A stretch of DNA of 64,000 nt, from contig OZ024741.1 of the NCBI GenBank assembly GCA_964016885.1, positions 118,358,001 through 118,422,000 of the forward strand, given 5' to 3'. The position numbers and the translations under genes were made by a program. Positions 1 through 14,405 of the stretch are shown here, one piece after another. The stretch is from Eledone cirrhosa (lineage: Eukaryota). Position 1 is the first letter of the stretch, and each line of letters opens with the position of its first letter. The notes below the pieces were generated by a model. The model saw only the letters and a program-made list of their open reading frames with translations. It was not told the origin of the DNA and did no database searches.

Positions 1-49
1 ACCCACTCCCCATCCACTCTCCCCAGTCTTCAGTCTTCATACCCCGCTC

Positions 50-117
50 ACACCTGCTAAATACCCCACGCATTATACACCTGCTAAATACCCCACGCAT
101 TATACACCTGCTAAATA
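50..117. repeat. 27-bp tandem repeat, about 2.5 copies (ACACCTGCTAAATACCCCACGCATTAT)
   Basis: Unit recurs at 50, 77 and 104. Confidence 0.9.
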
Positions 118-419
118 TCCCATTCACCTAATTGATGTTGAACTTGCTTACCCAGCCCCGATGCACCTCACCTGCCCAACCTATGGAAGCTTGACCTGCT
201 TGACATCTGATCTTCCTTGATGTTGTTGTCATGACAAAAAGCACAAAGTCCACCCTGTATGCTAATCTGGTGCCATAACAACAAAAGCACTCGGTTCATC
301 CTGTAAGGTGGTTGTGTTGGTGTCGCACAAGAGAGGTAGTGGGATTGTAGGCTAACGGAAGATAGACTTTATATGTGGCAAATGCACATGGGGAAGTAAG
401 CACAAAGAGCACACCTGAA

Positions 420-990
420 ATAGATTCCCTCAGCTGCCAGGGGAGGGGGTCTATAAAAGTTGTTAACAGCTTTCACTACCTAGACAATCAAGTTAGTAGT
501 GGAGGAGGATGTGCTGAAAGTGTGATAGCTTGGATAAGAACAGGCTGGAAGAAGTTTAGAGATCTATTACTGATGTTAACAACAAAATGCTTTTCTCTCT
601 GAGTGAAGGGTAGACTGTATGATGCCTGTGTGCAAACTGCATTGTTACATGGCAGCGAAACATCGTCCTTGACTGTGGAAGACGTGCAGAGGCTAGAAAG
701 AAATGGGTCCAGTGTGCTTCGCTGGATGTGTAATGTTCGTGTACATGAGCGACATAGCTTAAAAAAAACTGAGGGAAAAACTTGGCATAAGAGGAATTGG
801 ATGTAGCGTGCAAGAGAGAAGACTGCATTGGTATGGACATATAATGTGCATGGAAGATAGCAGCTGCATAAAGAAATGCAGAGAAACCCCAATGGCTGGG
901 ACCTGTGGAAGAGGCTAACATGGGATGAGGTTGTGAAAATAGACATTAAACGATGATGTCGATGATCACAAATTGCAAAGGAGATAGAAA
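420..990 (+). mobile_element. Old, degenerate RTE LINE 3' ORF fragment
   Basis: Translations [30 protein letters not shown] and [25 protein letters not shown] match the RTE C-terminus elsewhere in the window; stops and frameshifts present. Confidence 0.85.
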
Positions 991-1471
991 AACAAAACAT
1001 TTGATGGTAACATACATTTATGGTGAATTGACAGTTAGGGCATATTTATTTCTGTTGTTTGTGTTCTGTGGTCAAAATCTTGCCTTTCATCTTTTAGAGA
1101 GTTGATAAAATAATTTACCAGTCCGGGAGCAGTAGATTGGCAGAATTGTTAAAGCATCAAATGAGATTCCTTGTATCGGTTTTGGATCTGTGTGTTCTGA
1201 ATTTAAATCCAGCTGTGGTTTACTTAGGTGGTAGAACTAATTCTTCAGCCAGCTTAACATCACCACTTAGCCCTTAGGTGCCTTTAACAGGGTTCATTCT
1301 GTTACAAGCATTTGGGCCAAGTCTCCAGTTGAAGATACCTTCCTCCCTCACTCTCTCCTATCAGTCTGGAAGGTCTTGAAAAGGCTCTTGAGCACTGCCC
1401 TCCTCCGTGACTAAAACAATGATTATATATATCATGACCCTCCCAAAGTATAACAATATATATATATATAT

Positions 1472-3530
1472 ATCATCATCATCATCATCGTTTAACGTCC
1501 ATGTTCCACGCTTGCATGGGTTTGGACGGGGGTTTTCCCACTTGAGGCATAGGACTGTCTGGCAGGTTTTCTACAGTTGGATGCCCTTCCTAACACCAAC
1601 CACATTTACAGTGTGGGGCTGGGAGGTTTTTACCGTGTTGCCTACACGGCCACATTACAGCGTGGACTGTGTGTTTTTTGTCGTGACACCTACACGATCT
1701 CATTTGTTTCGGCCTGGATGTTGTGACACCAACATAACTTTACATTGAAAGGGGCGGTGTGGATGGGGTGGGGGTGGTGGGACGGGGGGTGTATTTTGTT
1801 AGAGAAGCCTACTGACTGTAGTAGGTTTTACTTTGTACTTAGGCAAGGCGGGTCTTCTCTATTACTGAGTACCGCCAAAGATCTCGGTCCAGTGACATTG
1901 TCTTGGAGAGGTGTAAGTGTGTGAGGTCCGAATTTATCAGGTCGTCCCAGGTTTTTCTGGGTCTGCCTACTCCGTAGCTACCGTCTATCTTTATTGCCCT
2001 GCACTTTTTTATACAGCTGTCGTCTTTCATGCGCATCACGTGACCGTACCAACGTAGCCTTCTCTCGAGTAAACAACATCTGATCCCTCTTATTTCTAAT
2101 TTTTCCCTTCGTTTATGCTTTGCCGTTCACGTATATTATTATTACACATCCAGCGGAGCATGCAAGCTTCGTTCCTCTCTAGTCTGAGTATATCATCTGC
2201 ACACAATTCCCAGGTCTCACTGCCATGCAACATTGCTGTTCGTATGCAGGCATCATACAACCTGCCTTTCATTTTTAGGGAGAACCCTTTAGCGGCTAAT
2301 AGTGGTATAAGCTCTCTGAACTTTTTCCATCCAGTTCTGACTCTAGCTACTGTACTTTCAGAGCACCCTCCCCCACTGCTGATTTTGTCACCCAGGTAAC
2401 GGAAGCTGTCCACTATTTCTATAGAACCCTCTGCGCAATTGAAAGAGCTAGTATTTTGTGGGCACTTGCTGCTACTTATTGCACCAGAGCACCGGCCACA
2501 TGTAAAATCTATGTTCTTAGTTAGCTTACCTGCGATCCCACTACATCTTTTATGCACCCATACTTTGCATTTGGGACATAAAATGGAGTTTCTACCTACG
2601 CCTTTCCTACACACTGAGCATGGCCATTTCCCGGAAGTGACCGCCGCCTTATTTTCTTTCCTACAAAATAGAACTTTAGTCTTAGCCAGGTTAATTTTAA
2701 GGCCTTTTGATTCTAGGCCATGTTTCCATGTTTGGAATTTCTTCTCTAGCTCGGCCATTGATTCAGCTATGAGCGTTAGATCATCTGCGTATAGGAGTTC
2801 TCATGGGCAGCCGGTCTTGAACTCCACTGTTATAGCCTGAAGGGCAATAATAAATAGTAGGGGGCTAAGAACAGAGCCCTGATGAACACCAACTTTTACA
2901 CTAAACTCTTCACTATATTCGTTGTTAATTCTAACCTTGCTGACTGTTTCTTTATACATGGCTTGTATAGCTCTCACAAGCCATTCGTCAACACCTAGTT
3001 TTCTAAGAGCCCACCAGATAATGGAACGGGGGACTCTGTCGAAGGCTTTCTCCAAGTCGACAAAAGCTAAATAGAGGGGTTTACTTTTAGCTAGGTACTT
3101 CTCCTGTAGTTGTCGTACAATGAAAAGAGCGTCTGTGGTACTTTTGCCTGACACAAACCCGAACTGCATTTCATCTAGATCAATTCTCTCTCTGATGAGT
3201 TGCGCTATTACTTTTTCTGTGACCTTCATGACCTGGTCGATTAATTTAATGCCTCTATAGTTACTCCTATCTAGGGCATCTCCTTTACCCTTGTAACAGT
3301 TAATGATGATGCTGCTACGCCACTCCTTCGGAACAGCCCCATTCTGTATGACTTGGTTTATTATCCGGGTGACCATGCTGTGTCCCACCGTTCCAGAGGC
3401 TTTCAGCATCTCAGCATCTCAGCAACTATTTCCGAAGGCCCAGCCGCTTTACCCGTCTTCATATCTTTGATTGCCTTACTTATTATACTACCTTCGACTA
3501 ACACTGCTGGTCCCTCTATTGGGTCGATAT
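1472..3530 (-). mobile_element. RTE LINE family A, 5'-truncated copy A1, frameshifted
   Basis: ORF pieces 2801-3409, 2096-2758 and 1839-2039 give [30 protein letters not shown]; (GAT)n tail at 1472-1489; 8-bp duplication TCAGCATC near 3403-3420. Confidence 0.95.
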
Positions 3531-3540
3531 ATATATATAT

Positions 3541-3951
3541 ATCATCATCATCATCATCACCGTTTTACGTCCGTTCTTCCACGCTAGCATGGGTTAGACG
3601 GGTTGTCCTGTTGTGTGCAGTGTCTGGTCGGCTGACCATGCCTTGCTCATACAGGAACTGATCTGGCTTGATTTCTACAGCTGGATGCCCTTCCTAACAC
3701 CAACCTCATTTACAGTGAGTGCTGGGTGCTTTTTCGTGGCGCCTACACGTCCACTTTGCAGTGTGGGCTGGGTGCTCTTTTGCTGTGGCACCTCCACGAC
3801 CACCTTGCGGTGGGGGGGACATATTGTTTATATGCTTCAGCATGTATCCATGGGAGGTCGGGTACTCTGTATTACTGCGTGACGCCAGAAGTCACGGTCG
3901 TGTGTCATTGTCTTTGAGAGGTGTAATTGGGTAAGGTCGGCTTTTATCACC
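3541..3951 (-). mobile_element. RTE LINE family B, 3' end fragment B1
   Basis: Encodes VIKADLTQLHLSKTMTHDRDFWRHAVIQSTRPPMDTC plus B 3'UTR and (GAT)n tail; near-identical to 27710-28115. Confidence 0.93.
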
Positions 3952-3962
3952 ATATATATATA

Positions 3963-4242
3963 TAAAGTGGTTGTGCTGGTGCCATGATAAAATCCATGTA
4001 GTACTCTTTGTAAAAGATAATACTGATGCCATGGAAAAATGCACTTAGTACACTCTGTAAAGTGGTGCCACGATAAAATACAGTGCACATTGTAAAGTTG
4101 GTTGCCATTAAGAAGGGAATCTAACCATAGAAACCATTCCACAATAGAACATATGAAGGAATCATCTAGCTAATCAGAACATGCAACCTGTTCAATCCCT
4201 GCCAGCATATAAAGCAGATGTAAAACGGTGATGATGATGATG
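3963..4242 (+). mobile_element. Old RTE-3'UTR-like / SINE-tail fragment
   Basis: Degenerate ..CACTGTAAAGTGG.. repeats, GGTTGCCATTAAGAAGGGAATC box, ends AAAACGGTGATGATGATG. Confidence 0.7.
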
Positions 4243-4838
4243 TATGCCACCTGGCCCTTTGGTTCCTTTTAGCTGGATTGACTCTGTTGTCAGCATCCAG
4301 ACCATGTCACCAGTTTGAAGACACATATCTCCCTTCATCCCATTAGTTTGGTCAGCCCCTGCCTAAAACAATAAAATAGAAAATGCCCCCAAAAACATCA
4401 TAAATTCATCATGAAAAACATATTGATTAGAAAGACAACACAAAACACACAGATGTATGTTGGCAACAAACTTATTGCAGACACCACAGCCAAACTAGAT
4501 TTTAATTACGGAAAGAAAAACGACATTAATATGGTCAAACAATGATTTTTAAAGTTTAATAATGAATGAGAAACTGGTACCACATCGTTGCCATGATTCA
4601 AGCCTATAAAACGGTAATAAGAACCACTACTTAAATTATTTCATCTTTAAGATGAGGTGTGGTGGTGGTGGTGGAGGTGGTGTTGGGAGCAGTCATTAAA
4701 CTAGGATGGACTTTGAACATTTTATTATTGTCTCAAACAAGGCATAAATGACAAATATGGAAATATGAAAAAAATACATTATGTAAGATTTAACATTGCA
4801 GTATTGTCATGTCTTCAAAAATACACAAATGTTTGTGT

Positions 4839-4877
<39 letters not shown>

Positions 4878-5737
4878 ATATGTGTATATATATATGTATA
4901 TATTGAGGTGCCCCAGCATGGCCTCAACCTCTTGGCTGGAACGTGTAATAGAGTAATATATGTGTGTGTATATATACATGCATGTCCATTTCCACGGTTG
5001 CATGGGTTAGATGGTTCATCATCTTATGAGACAAATCCGGTCAAGGGACCATGTCTTGCTCATATGGATTTGAATATATATACACACACATACGCGTATA
5101 TGCACATACACACACACACATATATATATACATATACATAATGGATTTTGTTGTTTTAGTTGTTGTTGCATCATTTTGTTGTAGCTGTTGTCATCGTTGT
5201 TGACGTTATTATATTGGAGATACCTGATTGACACACAGATTCTTCTAAATGTTCTGGTTCTTATTTCTGTGACCTCAATAGATATTGATTTCTTACTGAA
5301 GAAGAAGAAGGTTGTTATATTAATTAGGAGGAAGAGGAGGTAGGTGTGCAGAATTAAGAATATGGAGTAACATTTGTGTCTATTCCCGAAGTGCATTAGC
5401 TCTTTCATTACCATATTTCTTATAGAAGTTACTGCCTATGGTTTGCAAATAATTTTCAAAATAATGAAGAAATTGGAAGGATTTAGTAATAAAACTGACT
5501 TTCTCATTATTGTACTCATGTTTGAAGCATAACTTAACAAAGGTTCTTACATAAAATCATTATGGAAGGTTTTGTACCCATATTTCTAATGAAACATGCT
5601 ACCTATTGTTTTCAAACAGTTTTGAATATACTGAAGAATTTCAAAGAATTTACTAATAAAATTCTTTCATTATTAAGTTGGTGTTTGGAGCATAATTTAA
5701 GAAAATTTCATGCAGAAAATTATGATGGAAAGTTTTT

Positions 5738-5997
5738 ACCCTGTCCACACTGTAAGGTGTTCGTGTAGGCATTACAACGAAAAGCAACCAGTCCACATTG
5801 TAAGATGGTCGTGTAGGCATCACGATAAAAAGCACCCAGTACTCATTGTAAATGAGGTTGGTGTTAGGAAAGGCACCCAGAAACCAAGCCAAAATCGGTT
5901 CTGTATGAGCAAGGCATGGTCACCTGACTTGGCATTGTTCACAACAGGATAACTCATCTAACTTATGCCAGTGTGGAAACATGAACATTGATGATGA
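5738..5997 (+). mobile_element. RTE-3'UTR-like / SINE-tail fragment
   Basis: Three ~46-bp repeats, GGTTGGTGTTAGGAAAGGCACCCAG, then terminal hairpin and GATGATG. Confidence 0.75.
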
Positions 5998-6769
5998 ACA
6001 AATTAAAAATATAGTTTGGTATCATAGAACCAGCAATGGTTACAGACAGTTTAAAAAGATATTAATGAGTATAATTTTATTTTATTTATTTTTGTTTAGA
6101 TAGAAAGCAGGAGCCGAGCCTATGCCTTATGTAGTTATGTAGGACATCTGATCTCAACATCCTGTAATAATTTAGCAGAAAAAAATCTAAATACAGGTTT
6201 GTTAATTCATATATTTATAGTATAGTAACTTTGCCAGCAGGTAGCTAATTGGCAGTCATTAGAATGTCGGATAGAATGCTTTGCAGTTTTTGTTCCAGCT
6301 CTCTGAGTTCAAATCCCACCTGTCATCCTTTCGAGGGCGATAAATAAAAAGTACCAGTTTAGTACTGGTGTCAATTCTTTTTCTATATCTCTTTCTCACT
6401 TTCAATCCTCCTCTGGAAGAAATTTGCTATGTTCAGACCAAGAGAAGGTAAACCGAAGAAAAGACTTTAATTTTTAATATAATGTAGTCATAGTGCTGTT
6501 TTATACTTATTGAGAATGTCTTGTTAATGCAATTTCATACTGTATGTCCATTTAGAATTATTTTTACTGCAAGCAGCATATAAATGCCTACGTTTTAGTC
6601 CCTCAAGGGAAGCCAGGCACATTCCAAAATATATCAAACATTATCCATTTGCTTCAAGCCCCCCCCCCCCCCCCCCCCCGCTCAAACACCCACGAAAGAC
6701 ACTGAGCAACATAGTGTTGTAATGAAGTAGTCACAGTGTCGCAACAAAAGCACTAGTCCACCCTGTGCA

Positions 6770-7056
6770 GGTGCCATGATAAAAAGTATCCAGTTCGCAC
6801 TGTAAGGTGGTGGTAGTACTGGAGTCATGACAAAAAGCATCCAGTTCAGCCTGTGAGGTGGCGGTACTGGAGTTATGATAAAATACTCCCAGTACATGCT
6901 GCAAAGTTGTTGGCATTAGGAAGGGTATCCAATCATAGAAACCAAGCCAAAGCAAAGCATACTAGCAGGACCTAGTAAACTGGTCTAGCTTCAGGATATG
7001 GCAACCATTTAACCCATGCAATCATGGAAGTTAGACATTAAACAGTGATGAGGATG
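6770..7056 (+). mobile_element. RTE-3'UTR-like / SINE-tail fragment
   Basis: Repeats plus TTGGCATTAGGAAGGGTATCCAATC and CCCATGCAATCATGGAAG..GACATTAAACAGTGATGA. Confidence 0.7.
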
Positions 7057-8441
7057 TTTAGTGAGAGGGAAGTGTAGCATGCATGACTCTTTATGTTTCA
7101 AGACCTCTGAGATAAGCAAGAAGAAGGAAGGTATCATCAAACAAGAGACACAGAGACTGGCCCTAAATGCTTGTGACAGTGAACTCTGCTATAAGCATTC
7201 AAGGCTCACCTGGTGATACTAAACTCTCCAACAGGTCCTTTATAAAAAAAGAAAATGTTAGTAGAAAAGGAATTACAATAGAGGTGGGGAAAGGATTGTG
7301 TAAAATGCTGTTAGGGCAGGGTTTGGGAGTGTGAAGCAATAGGATTGATGAGAAGAAGAGAGGCAGGTGTGTCAGTGTTGTGTAGGTTTAGATGGTGGTG
7401 GTACACAGCTTACTAGATCTGATGAGCTGTGACTGTTGTAGTAGTAATACTGGTAGACAGTGAGAGGGGACATAGCACATCTATGAGCCAGAGAAGGCTT
7501 TGTAGTTTGTTGGTAAGAGAGTTCACCAATGGCCTTTCTCTTTTTGTATCTGATATTTGTGTTTGTTGCAGCAGCACTGTTGTAGATGCATCTGTGTGTG
7601 TCTCTATGAATGTATGTATGTTGAAAGCACTGGTTCTCATCCAACCACCAAAGTTAAGCAACATTGAGCCTAGTTAGTATTTAGATGGGAAACCTTGATG
7701 CCGTATTTATCTTTTGTAATATACCATGTATATCCAAATTTTATAATAGATACATCGTATCCCTGTGTGTTGAAAGAGGCAACAAGGATTAGCATTAGGA
7801 AGGGCATCTGACTGTAAAACCTTGTCTTAAACCATCCCATCCAAACCCATGCAGGGATGGAAAAGTAGATGTAAAAACGGTGATGCTGATGATATACATA
7901 CACACACTTTGAAGTTTCAGCATTTGTTTGCTGCTTCTTCACACTGAAGAGGCATCAACACCATAACTTCAACGTCACTGATAACTTTTTCTTCTGAAAA
8001 TAAAACTTACACTCTGCTTTCATGTATTGAGTGTCCATTAATGTTTGAACGTTCTATGTATTAATGAACACTCAATACATGAAATTGAGGACATAGGTAA
8101 TAGAGGAGGGGTGGTTACAGCAAGGGAGGTGTATGGGAGGGGAGATGGTAGAGTAAGGTGTTGTCTATTAGATATATTCCTCAGCTCGAGCATATGGGAA
8201 GATTGGTCTGCTGTAGTATTGCATACTGCCAGAAGTCACGGCCCTGTGTTATCACCTTGGTGAGTGTAATTGTGCAGGGTCAGCATCTCGAGAAAAAATT
8301 ATGTACCGTTTGTGGACTACAAATTAAGAATGTGGTAATCTTTTATAGTGCTTCTGATGATATACAGAATTTGACAATGTTTTGTTATCATCTATATTTT
8401 TCATCATTTTGATGAATTGGACATAACATTAATTAAATATA

Positions 8442-8657
8442 AGGTGTCACGACAAAAAAAAACACAGTCCACGCTGTAATGTGGCCGTGTAGGTAACACG
8501 GTAAAAACCTCCCAACGTGGTTGGGCATCCAGCTGTAGAAAACCCGCCAGACAGTCCTATGCGAGCAAGACAACCACTCTTGCCTCAAGTGGGAAAACTT
8601 CCGTCCAAACCCATGCAAGCATGGAAGATGGACGTTAAACGATGATGATGATGATGA
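8442..8657 (+). mobile_element. RTE-A 3'UTR fragment with (GAT)n tail
   Basis: Matches 23228-23476 with an internal deletion. Confidence 0.85.
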
Positions 8658-8721
8658 ATGTATTGAAACATGTGTAAAGCAATTAAATGGTTTAAAATAA
8701 TTAAAAATATTTTTCCACACT

Positions 8722-9027
8722 TACATAGGTTAGACAGGTTGTCATGTTACAAGACAAGTCAGGTCAGGTGATCATGTCTTGCTCATACTGATCTGTATTT
8801 TGGCTTCTTTTCTATGGCTGGATGCCCTTCCTAAGACCAAATACATTACAGATTGGACTGGGTGCTTTTTATCATGATACCAAAACGATCATCTCATATG
8901 GTGGACTGGGTGCTTTTTTTTTTCTTGTGACCAACATGACTACCTTGCAGGGTAGACTGGGTACTTTTTTTCTTGTGTCACTAACGTGACCACTTCATAG
9001 GATGGGACTGGGTGCTTTTTTCTCGTG
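8722..9027 (-). mobile_element. Old RTE-B-like 3'UTR fragment with about four ~47-bp repeats
   Basis: GGACTGGGTGCTTTTT recurs about every 47 bp; GGATGCCCTTCCTAA box. Confidence 0.7.
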
Positions 9028-9481
9028 TATGTATGTATGTATGTATATACATACATATGTATGTACAATTTAAACTATTTTGACATATATATGTTATTTA
9101 ATTCAGTGAGAATATTTCTTGTGTTTCCAAGGCATGACATGCACTGAGACGACAGTGTAAATTATATTAGTATATTAGTACAGGCAGTATATTAGTATAG
9201 AGTAGAAGCACAAAAAACAAGAGCTGTAAAAAGGTGAGATGAGCTTCTCAGAGTCAATAGTCATCCACGTCGGGTTAAATAGCCTCACCAATATATTGGC
9301 CAAGTATGGTGAGTAAGACATGACCAAAAAGCAGCAGAAATTGGTGGAAGTCAACCAGGGAGAGTTGAAAAGGGATTGGATTGGATTTGATGGATGGTAT
9401 AATAGTATAGACTCTGTATTACTATAGACTGTATATTAGTATTGACTGTATATTAATATATTAGAATAGATGGTATATTAA

Positions 9482-9692
9482 CCCTTTAATATTTACATTA
9501 CTCTGTATATACTATTGTATTTTCACACTAAAGTCTTTATTTCACATAATTATTTCACATAATATTGAATCCTTGAGATTTTGATATTATTTATTTTGAG
9601 AACAATACTTTAACTTCAGCATGAGTGGCTGGTTATGGCCAGTTTAAACAGAAAGAGGTGAGAGAATTCTGACCGGTTTAAATGCTAAAGGG
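9482..9692. mobile_element. piggyBac-like MITE
   Basis: TTAA|CCCTTTAATATTTA ... TAAATGCTAAAGGG|TTAA: imperfect TIRs and TTAA on both sides. Confidence 0.8.
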
Positions 9693-9872
9693 TTAATATA
9701 GACTAAATATTAGTATAAACTGTATATAACTATAGACTGTATATTACTATAGACTGTATATTACTATAGACTGTATATTACTATAGACTGTATATTACTA
9801 TAGACTATATATTACTATAGACTGTATATTACTATAGACTTTTTTTACTATAGACTATATATTACTATAGAC

Positions 9873-10091
9873 CAGGAGTTCTCAACCTTTTTTTCGATGT
9901 GGACCACCAAAATAAGTAATTTTTTCCTGTGGACCACCTAAACTTTAAAATCTTTTGTAATAGAACTGCTACTTATAAGCATCAGTAGAACAGCGCTTTA
10001 AGTCAAATGCATGTCAGAAAATTTTCTGTGGACCACCTGAATTTTCCTGTGGACCACTAGTGGTCCACATGGACCAGGTTGAGAACCCCTG
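9873..10091. mobile_element. hAT (Charlie/Buster-type) MITE, 219 bp
   Basis: TIRs CAGGAGTTCTCAACCT / AGGTTGAGAACCCCTG; 8-bp flank CTATAGAC on both sides (9865-9872, 10092-10099); repeated subterminal TGTGGACCAC. Confidence 0.92.
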
Positions 10092-12315
10092 CTATAGACT
10101 ATATATTACTATAGACTATATTACTATAGACTGTATATTACTATAGACTGTATATTACTATAGACTGTATATTACTATAGACTGTATATTACTATAGACT
10201 ATATTACTCTAGACTGTATATTACTATAGACTATATATTACTAGAGACTGTATATTACTCTAGACTGTATATTACTATAGACTGTATATTACTATAGACT
10301 GTATATTACTGTAGACTATATTACTATAGACTGTATATTACTATAGACTGTATATTACTATAGACTATATTACTCTAGACTGTATATTACTATAGACTAT
10401 ATATTACTATAGACTGTATATTACTAGAGACTGTATATTACTCTAGACTGTATATTACTATACTGTATATTACTATAGACTATATTACTATAGACTGTAT
10501 ATTACTCTAGACTGTATATTACTATACTGTATATTACTATAGACTATATTACTATAGACTGTATATTACTATAGACTGTATATTACTATAGACTGTATAT
10601 TACTATAGACTATATATTACTCTAGACTGTATATGACTATAGACTGTATATGACTATAGACTGTATATTACTATAGACTGTATATTACTATAGACTGTAT
10701 ATTACTCTAGACTGTATATTACTATAGACTATATATTACTATAGACTATATATTACTATAGACTATATATTACTATAGACTATATTACTATAGACTATAT
10801 TACTATAGACTATATATTACTATAGACTGTATATTACTATAGACTATATTACTATAGACTATATTACTATAGACTATATTACTATAGGCTATATTACTAT
10901 AGACTATATATTACTATAGACTATATATTACTATAGACTATATATTACTATAGACTGTATATTACTATAGACTGTATATTACTATAGACTGTATATTACT
11001 ATAGACTGTATATTACTATAGACTATATATTACTATAGACTATATATTACTATAGACTGTATATGACTATAGACTGTATATGACTATAGACTGTATATTA
11101 CTATAGACTATATTACTATAGACTGTATATTACTATAGACTGTATATTACTATAGACTGTATATTACTATAGACTATATATTACTATAGACTGTATATTA
11201 CTATAGACTATATATTACTATAGACTGTATATTACTCTAGACTGTATATTACTATAGACTGTATATTACTCTAGACTGTATATTACTATAGACTGTATAT
11301 TACTATAGACTGTATATTACTATAGACTGTATATTACTATAGACTGTATATTACTATAGACTATATATTACTATAGACTGTATATTACTATAGACTGTAT
11401 ATTACTATAGATTGAATATTACTATAGACTATATTACTATAGATTGAATATTACTATAGACTGTATATTACTATAGACTGTATATTACTATAGACTGTAT
11501 ATTACTATAGACTGTATATTACTATAGACTGTATATTACTATAGACTGTATATTACTATAGACTGTATATTACTATAGACTGTATATTACTATAGACTGT
11601 ATATTACTATAGACTGTATATTACCATAGACTGTATATTACTATAGACTGTATATTACTATAGACTGTATATTACTATAGACTGTATATTACTATAGACT
11701 GTATATTACTATAGACTGTATATTACTATAGACTATATATTTATATAGACTATATATTACTATAGACTGTATATTACTATAGATTGAATATTACTATAGA
11801 CTGTATATTACTATAGACTGTATATTACTATAGACTGTATATTACTATAGACTGTATATTACTATAGACTGTATATTACTATAGACTATATATTACTATA
11901 GACTATATATTACTATAGACTGTATATTACTCTAGACTGTATATTACTATAGACTGTATATTACTATAGACTGTATATTACTATAGACTGTATATTACCA
12001 TAGACTGTATATTACTATAGACTATATATTACTATAGACTGTATATTACTATAGACTGTATATTACTATAGACTGTATATTACTCTAGACTGTATATTAC
12101 TATAGACTGTATATTACTATAGACTGTATATTACTATAGACTGTATATTACTATAGACTGTATATTACTATAGACTATATATTTATATAGACTATATATT
12201 ACTATAGACTGTATATTACTATAGACTGTATATTACTATAGACTGTATATTACTATAGATTGAATATTACTATAGACTGTATATTACTATAGACTGTATA
12301 TTATTATAGATTGTA

Positions 12316-12809
12316 GAAGGATGACAGCTGCATAAAAAGGTGCAGAGCACTAGAAGTAGATGGAAACCGTGGAGTGGGGAGACCCAAGATGACCTGGGAT
12401 GAGGTGATAAAAGCCGACCGTACCCAATTACACCTCTCAAAGGCAATGACACACGAGCGTGACCTCTGGTGCCATGCAGTAATACAGAGTACCCGACCTC
12501 CCATGGGTACAAGCTGAAGCATATAGACAATATGCTCCCACACCCCCCATTGCAAGGTGGTCGTGGTGGTGCCACGGCAAAAAAGCACCCAGCCCACACT
12601 GTAAAGTGGACGTGTAGGCGCCATGAAAAAGCACCCAGCACTCACTGTAAATGAGGTTGGTGTTAGGAAGGGCATCCAGCTGTAGAAATCAAGCCAAATC
12701 AGTTCCTGTATGAGCAAGGCATGGTCAGCCGACCAGACACTGCCCACAACAGGACAACCCGTATAATCCATGCTAGCGTGGAAGAACGGACGTAAAACGG
12801 TGATGATGA
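12316..12809 (+). mobile_element. RTE-B 3' fragment inside satellite (copy 1)
   Basis: KDDSCIKRCRALEVDGNRGVGRPKMTW.. plus B 3'UTR and GATGATGA tail. Confidence 0.95.
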
Positions 12810-13913
12810 CTGTATATTACTATAGACTGTATATTACTATAGATTGAATATTACTATAGACTATATTACTATAGATTGAATATTACTATAGACTGTATAT
12901 TACTATAGACTGTATATTACTATAGACTGTATATTACTATAGACTATATATTACTATAGACTATATATTACTCTAGACTGTATATTACTCTAGACTGTAT
13001 ATTACTATAGACTGTATATTACTATAGACTGTATATTACTATAGACTGTATATTACTATAGACTGTATATTACCATAGACTGTATATTACTATAGACTGT
13101 ATATTACTATAGACTGTATATTACTCTAGACTGTATATTACTCTAGACTGTATATTACTATAGACTGTATATTACTATAGACTATATTACTATAGACTGT
13201 ATATTACTATAGACTATATATTTATATAGACTATATATTACTATAGACTGTATATTACTATAGACTGTATATTACTATAGACTGTATATTACTATAGATT
13301 GAATATTACTATAGACTGTATATTACTATAGACTGTATATTACTATAGACTGTATATTACTATAGACTATATATTACTATAGACTGTATATTACTATAGA
13401 CTATATATTACTATAGACTGTATATTACTATAGACTGTATATTACTATAGACTGTATATTACTATAGACTGTATATTACTATAGACTGTATATTACTATA
13501 GACTGTATATTACTATAGACTGTATATTACTATAGACTGTATATTACTATAGACTATATTACTATAGACTGTATATTACTATAGACTATATATTTATATA
13601 GACTATATATTACTATAGACTGTATATTACTATAGACTGTATATTACTATAGACTGTATATTACTATAGATTGAATATTACTATAGACTGTATATTACTA
13701 TAGACTGTATATTACTATAGACTGTATATTACTATAGACTGTATATTTATATAGACTATATATTACTATAGACTATATATTACTCTAGACTGTATATTAC
13801 TCTAGACTGTATATTACTCTAGACTGTATATTACTCTAGACTGTATATTACTATAGACTGTATATTACTATAGACTGTATATTACTATAGACTGTATATT
13901 ATTATAGATTGTA

Positions 13914-14405
13914 GAAGGATGACAGCTGCATAAAAAGGTGCAGAGCACTAGAAGTAGATGGAAACCGTGGAGTGGAGAGACCCAAGATGACCTGGGATGA
14001 GGTGATAAAAGCCGACCGTACCCAATTACACCTCTCAAAGGCAATGACACGAGCGTGACCTCTGGTGCCATGCAGTAATACAGAGTACCCGACCTCCCAT
14101 GGGTACAAGCTGAAGCATATAGACAATATGCTCCCACACCCCCCATTGCAAGGTGGGCGTGGTGGTGCCACGGCAAAAAAGCACCCAGCCCACACTGTAA
14201 AGTGGACGTGTAGGCGCCATGAAAAAGCACCCAGCACTCACTGTAAATGAGGTTGGTGTTAGGAAGGGCATCCAGCTGTAGAAATCAAGCCAAATCAGTT
14301 CCTGTATGAGCAAGGCATGGTCAGCCGACCAGACACTGCCCACAACAGGACAACCCGTATAATCCATGCTAGCGTGGAAGAATGGACGTAAAACGGTGAT
14401 GATGA
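13914..14405 (+). mobile_element. RTE-B 3' fragment inside satellite (copy 2, duplicate of copy 1)
   Basis: Same 5' and 3' junctions as 12316-12809; only a few differences. Confidence 0.95.

Noticed and set aside
1230-1420. Segment similar to the reverse complement of about 7130-7230
   Set aside because: Probably an old dispersed repeat, too degenerate to classify or delimit.
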